A DNA stretch of 64,000 bases from Auanema rhodensis (Eukaryota; Animalia; Nematoda): assembly GCA_964057225.1 (NCBI GenBank), contig OZ059896.1, positions 1,488,001 through 1,552,000 on the forward strand, written 5' to 3'. Below the pieces are notes generated by a model, which did no database searches, was not told the DNA's origin, and saw only the letters and a list, made by a program, of their open reading frames with translations. A program made the position numbers and the translations under genes. Shown here piece by piece: positions 27,521-39,500 of the stretch. The number at the start of each line of letters is the position of its first letter. The first letter of the stretch is position 1.

Positions 27521-30500
27521 AATTTCAAAGTCATGGTTACCATGCACCAATATCAATAAAATTTTGTTTTTAGACTAATATGGACATGGGGAATCTAATT
27601 TTGAAAACCGCATCTCTTTATCTTTCACGTGAAGCGAGTTACATACCAAGTGCACATCACGTGTACATTTAATTAGCATAAATTAAAGTTCACGTAAACT
27701 TCAAACTCATGGTTACCATACACCAATATCAATAAAAATTTGTTTTTAGACTAATATGGACATGGGGAATCTAATTTTGAAAACCGCATCTCTTTATCTT
27801 TCACGTGAAGCGAGTTACATACCAAGTGCACATCACGTGTACATTTAATTAGCATAAATTAAAGTTCACGTAAATTTCAAACTCATGGTTACCATGCACC
27901 AATATCAATAAAAATTTGTTTTTAGACTAATATGGACATGGAGAATCTAATTTTAAAAACCGCATCTCTTTATCTTTCACGTGAAGCGAGTTACATACCA
28001 AGTGCACATCACGTGTACATTTAATTAGCATAAATTAAAGTTCACGTAAACTTCAAACTCATGGTTACCATACACCAATATCAATAAAAATTTGTTTTTA
28101 GACTAATATGGACATGGAAAATCTAATTTTGAAAACCGCATCTCTTTATCTTTCACGTGAAGCGAGTTACATACCAAGTGCACATCACGTGTACATTTAA
28201 TTAGCATAAATTAAAGTTCACGTAAATTTCAAAGTCATGGTTACCATGCACCAATATCAATAAAATTTTGTTTTTAGACTAATATGGACATGGGGAATCT
28301 AATTTTGAAAACCGCATCTTTTTATCTTTCACGTGAAGCGAGTTACATACCAAGTGCACATCACGTGTACGTTTAATTAGCATAAATTAAAGTTCACGTA
28401 AATTTCAAAGTCATGGTTACCATGCATCAATATCAATAAAAATTTGTTTTTAGACTAATATGGAAATGGGGAATCTAATTTTGAAAATCGCATCTCTTTA
28501 TCTTTCATGTGAAGCGAGTTACATACCAAGTGCACATCACGTGTACATTTAATTAGCATAAATTAAAGTTCACGTAAATTTCAAAGTCATGGTTACCATG
28601 AACCAATATAAATAAAAATTTGTTTTTAGACTAATTTGGACATGGGGAATCTAATTTTGAAAACCGCGTCTATTTATCTTTCACGTGAAGCGAGTTACAT
28701 TCCAGGTGCACATCACGTGTACATTTAATTAGCATAAATTAAAGTTCACGTAAATTTCAAAGTCATGGTTACCATGAACCAATATCAATAAAAATTTGTT
28801 TTTAGACTAATATGGACATGGGGAATCTAATTTTGAAAACCGCGTCTATTTATCTTTCACGTGAAGCGAGTTACATACCAAGTGCACATCACGTGTACAT
28901 TTAATTAGCATAAATTAAAGTTCACGTAAATTTCAAAGTCATGGTTACCATGAACCAATATCAATAAAAATTTGTTTTTAGACTAATATGGACTTGGGGA
29001 ATCTAATTTTGAAAACCGCATCTCTTTATCTTTCACGTGAAGCGAGTTACATACCAAGTGCACATCACGTGTACATTTAATTAGCATAAATTAAAGTTCA
29101 CGTAAATTTCAAAGTCATGGTTACCATGAACCAATATCAATAAAAATTTGTTTTTAGACTAATATGGACATGGGGAATCTAATTTTGAAAACCGCGTCTA
29201 TTTATCTTTCACGTGAAGCGAGTTACATACCAAGTGCACATCACGTGTACATTTAATTAGCATAAATTAAAGTTCACGTAAATTTCAAAGTCATGGTTAC
29301 CATGCACCAATAACAATAAAAATTTGTTTTTAGACTAATATGGACATGGGGAATCTAATTTTGAAAACCGCATCTCTTTATCTTTCACGTGAAGCGAGTT
29401 ACATACCAAGTGCACATCACGTGTACATTTAATTAGCATAAATTAAAGTTCACGTAAATTTTAAACTCATGGTTACCATGCACCAATATCAATAAAAATT
29501 TGTTTTTAGACTAATATGGACATGGAGAATCTAATTTTAAAAACCGCATCTCTTTATCTTTCACGTGAAGCGAGTTACATACCAAGTGCACATCACGTGT
29601 ACATTTAATTAGCATAAATTAAAGTTCACGTAAACTTCAAACTCATGGTTACCATACACCAATATCAATAAAAATTTGTTTTTAGACTAATATGGACATG
29701 GAAAATCTAATTTTGAAAATCGCATCTCTTTATCTTTCACGTGAAGCGAGTTACATACCAAGTGCACATCACGTGTACATTTAATTAGCATAAATTAAAG
29801 TTCACGTAAATTTCAAAGTCATGGTTACCATGCACCAATATCAATAAAATTTTGTTTTTAGACTAATATGGACATGGGGAATCTAATTTTGAAAACCGCA
29901 TCTTTTTATCTTTCACGTGAAGCGAGTTACATACCAAGTGCACATCACGTGTACGTTTAATTAGCATAAATTAAAGTTCACGTAAATTTCAAAGTCATGG
30001 TTACCATGCATCAATATCAATAAAAATTTGTTTTTAGACTAATATGGAAATGGGGAATCTAATTTTGAAAATCGCATCTCTTTATCTTTCACGTGAAGCG
30101 AGTTACATACCAAGTGCACATCACGTGTACATTTAATTAGCATAAATTAAAGTTCACGTAAATTTCAAAATCATGGTTACCATGAACCAATATCAATAAA
30201 AATTTGTTTTTAGACTAATATGGACATGGGGAATCTAATTTTGAAAACCGCATCTCTTTATCTTTCACGTGAAGCGAGTTACATTCCAGGTGCACATCAC
30301 GTGTACATTTAATTAGCATAAATTAAAGTTCACGTAAATTTCAAAGTCATGGTTACCATGAACCAATATCAATAAAAATTTGTTTTTAGACTAATATGGA
30401 CTTGGGGAATCTAATTTTGAAAACCGCATCTCTTTATCTTTCACGTGAAGCGAGTTACATACCAAGTGCACATCACGTGTACATTTAATTAGCATAAATT

Positions 30501-33500
30501 AAAGTTCACGTAAATTTCAAAGTCATGGTTACCATGAACCAATATCAATAAAAATTTGTTTTTAGACTAATATGGACATGGGGAATCTAATTTTGAAAAC
30601 CGCGTCTATTTATCTTTCACGTGAAGCGAGTTACATACCAAGTGCACATCACGTGTACATTTAATTAGCATAAATTAAAGTTCACGTAAATTTCAAAGTC
30701 ATGGTTACCATGCACCAATAACAATAAAAATTTGTTTTTAGACTAATATGGACATGGGGAATCTAATTTTGAAAACCGCATTTCTTTATATTTCACGTGA
30801 AGCGAGTTACATACCAAGTGCACATCACGTGTACATTTAATTAGCATAAATTAAAGTTCACGTAAATTTCAAAGTCATGGTTACCATGCACCAATATCAA
30901 TAAAAATTTGTTTTTAGACTAATATGGACATGGGGAATCTAATTTTGAAAACCGCATCTCTTTATCTTTCACGTGAAGCGAGTTACATACCAAGTGCACA
31001 TCACGTGTACATTTAATTAGCATAAATTAAAGTTCACGTAAATTTCAAAGTCATGGTTACCATGAACCAATATCAATAAAAATTTGTTTTTAGACTAATA
31101 TGGACATGGGGAATCTAATTTTGAAAACCGCATCTCTTTATCTTTCACGTGAAGCGAGTTACATACCAAGTGCACATCACGTGTACATTTAATTAGCATA
31201 AATTAAAGTTCACGTAAATTTCAAAGTCATGGTTACCATGCACCAATATCAATAAAAATTTGTTTTTAGACTAATATGGACATGGGGAATCTAATTTTGA
31301 AAACCGCATCTCTTTTTCTTTCACGTGAAGCGAGTTACATACCAAGTGCACATCACGTGTACATTCAATTAGCATAAATTAAAGTTCACGTAAATTTCAA
31401 AGTCATGGTTAGCATGAACCAATATCAATAAAAATTTGTTTTTAGACTAATATGGACATGGGGAATCTAATTTTGAAAACCGCATCTCTTTATCTTTCAC
31501 GTGAAGCGAGTTACATACCTAGTGCACATCACGTGTACATTTAATTAGCATAAATTAAAGTTCACGTAAATTTCAAAGTCATGGTTACCATGAACCAATA
31601 TCAATAAAAATTTGTTTTTAGACTAATATGGACATGGGGAATCTAATTTTGAAAACCGCATCTCTTTATCTTTCACGTGAAGCGAGTTACATACTAAGTG
31701 CACATCACGTGTACATTTAATTAGCATGAATTAAAGTTCACGTAAATTTCAAAGTCATGGTTACCATGAACCAATATCAATAAAAATTTGTTTTTAGACT
31801 AATTTGGACATGGGGAATCTAATTTTGAAAACCGCATTTCTTTATATTTCACGTGAAGCGAGTTACATACCAAGTGCACATCACGTGTACATTTAATTAG
31901 CATAAATTAAAGTTCACGTAAATTTCAAAGTCATGGTTACCATGCACCAATATCAATAAAAATCTGTTTTTAGACTAATATGGACATGGTGAATCTAATT
32001 TTGAAAACCGCATCTCTTTATCTTTCACGTGAAGCGAGTTACATACCAAGTGCACATCACGTGTACATTTAATTAGCATAAATTAAAGTTCACGTAAATT
32101 TCAAAGTCATGGTTACCATGAACCAATATCAATAAAAATTTGTTTTTAGACTAATATGGACATGGGGAATCTAATTTTGAAAACCGCATTTCTTTATATT
32201 TCACGTGAAGCGAGTTACATACCAAGTGCACATCACGTGTACATTTAATTAGCATAAATTAAAGTTCACGTAAATTTCAAAGTCATGGTTACCATGCACC
32301 AATATCAATAAAAATTTGTTTTTAGACTAATATGGACATGGTGAATCTAATTTTGAAAACCGCATCTCTTTATCTTCCACGTGAAGCGAGTTACATACCA
32401 AGTGCACATCACGTGTACATTTAATTAGCATAAATTAAAGTTCACGTAAATTTCAAAGTCATGGTTACCATGAACCAATATCAATAAAAATTTGTTTTTA
32501 GACTAATATGGACATGGGGAATCTAATTTTTGAAACCGCATCTCTTTATCTTTCACGTGAAGCGAGTTACATACCAAGTGCACATCACGTGTACATTTAA
32601 TTAGCATAAATTAAAGTTCACGTAAATTTCAAAGTCATGGTTACCATGCACCAATATCAATAAAAATTTGTTTTTAGACTAATATAGACATGGGGAATCT
32701 AATTTTGAAAACCGCATCTCTTTATCTTTCACGTGAAGCGAGTTACATACCAAGTGCACATCACGTGTACATTTAATTAGCATAAATTAAAGTTCACGTA
32801 AATTTCAAAGTCATGGTTACCATGAACCAATATCAATAAAAATTTGTTTTTAGACTAATATGGACATGGGGAATCTAATTTTGAAAACCGCATTTCTTTA
32901 TATTTCACGTGAAGCGAGTTACATACCAAGTGCACATCACGTGTACATTTAATTAGCATAAATTAAAGTTCACGTAAATTTCAAAGTCATGGTTACCATG
33001 CACCAATATCAATAAAAATTTGTTTTTAGACTAATATGGACATGGTGAATCTAATTTTGAAAACCGCATCTCTTTATCTTTCACGTGAAGCGAGTTACAT
33101 ACCAAGTGCACATCACGTGTACATTTAATTAGCATAAATTAAAGTTCACGTAAATTTCAAAGTCATGGTTACCATGAACCAATATCAATAAAAATTTGTT
33201 TTTAGACTAATATGGACATGGGGAATCTAATTTTGAAAACCGCATTTCTTTATATTTCACGTGAAGCGAGTTACATACCAAGTGCACATCACGTGTACAT
33301 TTAATTAGCATAAATTAAAGTTCACGTAAATTTCAAAGTCATGGTTACCATGCACCAATATCAATAAAAATTTGTTTTTAGACTAATATGGACATGGTGA
33401 ATCTAATTTTGAAAACCGCATCTCTTTATCTTTCACGTGAAGCGAGTTACATACCAAGTGCACATCACGTGTACATTTAATTAGCATAAATTAAAGTTCA

Positions 33501-36500
33501 CGTAAATTTCAAAGTCATGGTTACCATGAACCAATATCAATAAAAATTTGTTTTTAGACTAATATGGACATGGGGAATCTAATTTTGAAAACCGCATCTC
33601 TTTATCTTTCACGTGAAGCGAGTTACATACCTAGTGCACATCACGTGTACATTTAATTAGCATAAATTAAAGTTCACGTAAATTTCAAAGTCATGGTTAC
33701 CATGAACCAATATCAATAAAAATTTGTTTTTAGACTAATATGGACATGGGGAATCTAATTTTGAAAACCGCATCTCTTTATCTTTCACGTGAAACGAGTT
33801 ACATACCAAGTGCACATCACGTGTACATTTAATTAGCATAAATTAAAGTTCACGTAAATTTCAAAGTCATGGTTACCATGAACCAATATCAATAAAAATT
33901 TGTTTTTAGACTAATATGGACATGGGGAATCTAATTTTGAAAACCGCATTTCTTTATATTTCACGTGAAGCGAGTTACATACCAAGTGCACATCACGTGT
34001 ACATTTAATTAGCATAAATTAAAGTTCACGTAAATTTCAAAGTCATGGTTACCATGCACCAATATCAATAAAAATTTGTTTTTAGACTAATATGGACATG
34101 GTGAATCTAATTTTGAAAACCGCATCTCTTTATCTTTCACGTGAAGCGAGTTACATACCAAGTGCACATCACGTGTACATTTAATTAGCATAAATTAAAG
34201 TTCACGTAAATTTCAAAGTCATGGTTACCATGAACCAATATCAATAAAAATTTGTTTTTAGACTAATATGGACATGGGGAATCTAATTTTGAAAACCGCA
34301 TTTCTTTATATTTCACGTGAAGCGAGTTACATACCAAGTGCATATCACGTGTACATTTAATTAGCATAAATTAAAGTTCACGTAAATTTCAAAGTCATGG
34401 TTACCATGCACCAATATCAATAAAAAATTGTTTTTAGACTAATATGGACATGGTGAATCTAATTTTGAAAACCGCATCTCTTTATCTTTCACGTGAAGCG
34501 AGTTACATACCAAGTGCACATCACGTGTACATTTAATTAGCATAAATTAAAGTTCACGTAAATTTCAAAGTCATGGTTACCATGAACCAATATCAATAAA
34601 AATTTGTTTTTAGACTAATATGGACATGGGGAATCTAATTTTGAAAACCGCATCTCTTTATCTTTCACGTGAAGCGAGTTACATACCAAGTGCACATCAC
34701 GTGTACATTTAATTAGCATAAATTAAAGTTCACGTAAATTTCAAAGTCATGGTTACCATGCACCAATATCAATAAAAATTTGTTTTTAGACTAATATGGA
34801 CATGGGGAATCTAATTTTGAAAACCGCATCTCTTTATCTTTCACGTGAAGCGAGTTACATACCAAGTGCACATCACGTGTACATTTAATTAGCATAAATT
34901 AAAGTTCACGTAAATTTCAAAGTCATGGTTACCATGAACCAATATCAATAAAAATTTGTTTTTAGACTAATATGGACATGGGGAATCTAATTTTGAAAAC
35001 CGCATCTCTTTATCTTTCACGTGAAGCGAGTTACATACCAAGTGCACATCACGTGTACATTTAATTAGCATAAATTAAAGTTCACGTAAATTTCAAAGTC
35101 ATGGTTAACATGCACCAATATCAATAAAAATTTGTTTTTAGACTAATATGGACATGGGGAATCCAATTTTGAAAACCGCATCTCTTTTTCTTTCACGTGA
35201 AGCGAGTTACATACCAAGTGCACATCACGTGTACATTTAATTAGCATAAATTAAAGTTCACGTAAATTTCAAAGTCATGGTTACCATGCACCAATATCAA
35301 TAAAATTTTGTTTTTAGACTAATATGGACATGAGGAATCTAATTTTGAAAACCGCATCTTTTTATCTTTCACGTGAAGCGAGTTACATACCAAGTGCACA
35401 TCACGTGTACGTTTAATTAGCATAAATTAAAGTTCACGTAAATTTCAAAGTCATGGTTACCATGCATCAATATCAATAAAAATTTGTTTTTAGACTAATA
35501 TGGAAATGGGGAATCTAATTTTGAAAATCGCATCTCTTTATCTTTCACGTGAAGCGAGTTACATACCAAGTGCACATCACGTGTACATTTAATTAGCATA
35601 AATTAAAGTTCACGTAAATTTCAAAGTCATGGTTACCATGAACCAATATCAATAAAAATTTGTTTTTAGACTAATATGGACATGGGGAATCTAATTTTGA
35701 AAACCGCATCTCTTTATCTTTCACGTGAAGCGAGTTACATACCAAGTGCACATCACGTGTACATTTAATTAGCATAAATTAAAGTTCACGTAAATTTCAA
35801 AGTCATGGTTACCATGCACCAATATCAATAAAAATTTGTTTTTAGACTAATATGGACATGGGGAATCTAATTTTGAAAACCGCATCTCTTTATCTTTCAC
35901 GTGAAGCGAGTTACATACCAAGTGCACATCACGTGTACATTTAATTAGCATAAATTAAAGTTCACGTAAATTTCAAAGTCATGGTTACCATGAACCAATA
36001 TCAATAAAAATTTGTTTTTAGACTAATATGGACATGGGGAATCTAATTTTGAAAACCGCATCTCTTTATCTTTCACGTGAAGCGAGTTACATACCAAGTG
36101 CACATCACGTGTACATTTAATTAGCATAAATTAAAGTTCACGTAAATTTCAAAGTCATGGTTACCATGCACCAATATCAATAAAAATTTGTTTTTAGACT
36201 AATATGGACATGGGGAATCCAATTTTGAAAACCGCATCTCTTTTTCTTTCACGTGAAGCGAGTTACATACCAAGTGCACATCACGTGTACATTTAATTAG
36301 CATAAATTAAAGTTCACGTAAATTTCAAAGTCATGGTTACCATGCACCAATATCAATAAAATTTTGTTTTTAGACTAATATGGACATGAGGAATCTAATT
36401 TTGAAAACCGCATCTTTTTATCTTTCACGTGAAGCGAGTTACATACCAAGTGCACATCACGTGTACGTTTAATTAGCATAAATTAAAGTTCACGTAAATT

Positions 36501-39500
36501 TCAAAGTCATGGTTACCATGCATCAATATCAATAAAAATTTGTTTTTAGACTAATATGGAAATGGGGAATCTAATTTTGAAAATCGCATCTCTTTATCTT
36601 TCACGTGAAGCGAGTTACATACCAAGTGCACATCACGTGTACATTTAATTAGCATAAATTAAAGTTCACGTAAATTTCAAAATCATGGTTACCATGAACC
36701 AATATCAATAAAAATTTGTTTTTAGACTAATATGGACATGGGGAATCTAATTTTGAAAACCGCATCTCTTTATCTTTCACGTGAAGCGAGTTACATTCCA
36801 GGTGCACATCACGTGTACATTTAATTAGCATAAATTAAAGTTCACGTAAATTTCAAAGTCATGGTTACCATGAACCAATATCAATAAAAATTTGTTTTTA
36901 GACTAATATGGACTTGGGGAATCTAATTTTGAAAACCGCATCTCTTTATCTTTCACGTGAAACGAGTTACATACCAAGTGCACATCACGTGTACATTTAA
37001 TTAGCATAAATTATAGTTCACGTAAATTTCAAAGTCATGGTTACCATGAACCAATATCAATAAAAATTTGTTTTTAGACTAATATGGACATGGGGAATCT
37101 AATTTTGAAAACCGCGTCTATTTATCTTTCACGTGAAGCGAGTTACATACCAAGTGCACATCACGTGTACATTTAATTAGCATAAATTAAAGTTCACGTA
37201 AATTTCAAAGTCATGGTTACCATGCACCAATAACAATAAAAATTTGTTTTTAGACTAATATGGACATGGGGAATCTAATTTTGAAAACCGCATCTCTTTA
37301 TCTTTCACGTGAAGCGAGTTACATACCAAGTGCACATCACGTGTACATTTAATTAGCATAAATTAAAGTTCACGTAAATTTCAAAGTCATGGTTACCATG
37401 CACCAATATCAATAAAAATTTGTTTTTAGACTAATATGGACATGGGGAATCTAATTTTGAAAACCGCATCTCTTTATCTTTCACGTGAAGCGAGTTACAT
37501 ACCAAGTGCACATCACGTGTACATTTAATTAGCATAAATTAAAGTTCACGTAAATTTCAAAGTCATGGTTACCATGAACCAATATCAATAAAAATTTGTT
37601 TTTAGACTAATATGGACAAGGGGAATCTAATTTTGAAAACCGCATCTCTTTTTCTTTCACGTGAAGCGAGTTACATACCAAGTGCACATCACGTGTACAT
37701 TTAATTAGCATAAATTAAAGTTCACGTAAATTTCAAAGTCATGGTTACCATGAACCAATATCAATAAAAATTTGTTTTTAGACTAATATGGACATGGGGA
37801 ATCTAATTTTGAAAACCGCATCTCTTTATCTTTCACGTGAAGCGAGTTACATACCAAGTGCACATCACGTGTACATTTAATTAGCATAAATTAAAGTTCA
37901 CGTAAATTTCAAAGTCATGGTTACCATGCACCAATATCAATAAAAATTTGTTTTTAGATTAATATGGACATGGGGAATCTAATTTTGAAAACCGCATCTC
38001 TTTATCTTTCACGTGAAGCGAGTTACATACCAAGTGCACATCACGTGTACATTTAATTAGCATAAATTAAAGTTCACGTAAATTTCAAAGTCATGGTTAC
38101 CATGCACCAATATCAATAAAAATTTGTTTTTAGATTAATATGGACAAGGGGAATCTAATTTTGAAAACCGCATCTCTTTATCTTTCACGTGAAGCGAGTT
38201 ACATACCAAGTGCACATCACGTGTACATTTAATTAGCATAAATTAAAGTTCACGTAAATTTCAAAGTCATGGTTACCATGAACCAATATCAATAAAAATT
38301 TGTTTTTAGACTAATATGGACATGGGGAATCTAATTTTGAAAACCGCATCTCTTTATCTTTCACGTGAAGCGAGTTACATACCAAGTGCACATCACGTGT
38401 ACATTTAATTAGCATAAATTAAAGTTCACGTAAATTTCAAAGTCATGGTTACCATGCACCAATATCAATAAAAATTTGTTTTTAGACTAATATGGACATG
38501 GGGAATCTAATTTTGAAAACCGCATCTCTTTATCTTTCACGTGAAGCGAGTTACATACCAAGTGCACATCACGTGTACATTTAATTAGCATAAATTAAAG
38601 TTCACGTAAATTTCAAAGTCATGGTTACCATGAACCAATATCAATAAAAATTTGTTTTTAGACTAATATGGACATGGGGAATCTAATTTTGAAAACCGCA
38701 TCTCTTTATCTTTCACGTGAAGCGAGTTACATACCAAGTGCACATCACGTGTACATTTAATTAGCATAAATTAAAGTTCACGTAAATTTCAAAGTCATGG
38801 TTACCATGCACCAATATCAATAAAAATTTGTTTTTAGATTAATATGGACAAGGGGAATCTAATTTTGAAAACCGCATCTCTTTATCTTTCACGTGAAGCG
38901 AGTTACATACCAAGTGCACATCACGTGTACATTTAATTAGCATAAATTAAAGTTCACGTAAATTTCAAAGTCATGGTTACCATGAACCAATATCAATAAA
39001 AATTTGTTTTTAGACTAATATGGACATGGGGAATCTAATTTTGAAAACCGCATCTCTTTATCTTTCACGTGAAGCGAGTTACATACCAAGTGCACATCAC
39101 GTGTACATTTAATTAGCATAAATTAAAGTTCACGTAAATTTCAAAGTCATGGTTACCATGCACCAATATCAATAAAAATTTGTTTTTAGACTAATATGGA
39201 CATGGGGAATCTAATTTTGAAAACCGCATCTCTTTATCTTTCACGTGAAGCGAGTTACATACCAAGTGCACATCACGTGTACATTTAATTAGCATAAATT
39301 AAAGTTCACGTAAATTTCAAAGTCATGGTTACCATGAACCAATATCAATAAAAATTTGTTTTTAGACTAATATGGACATGGGGAATCTAATTTTGAAAAC
39401 CGCATCTCTTTATCTTTCACGTGAAGCGAGTTACATACCAAGTGCACATCACGTGTACATTTAATTAGCATAAATTAAAGTTCACGTAAATTTCAAAGTC

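Noticed and set aside
27513-27688. Assignment to a known satellite of similar length (Arabidopsis CEN178, Brassica CentBr, primate alpha satellite, honeybee AluI) or a CENP-B box
   Set aside because: I do not recognise the sequence as any of these. The consensus has no AGCT or AAGCTT site and no TTCG-N4-A-N2-CGGG motif. Length alone is not evidence.
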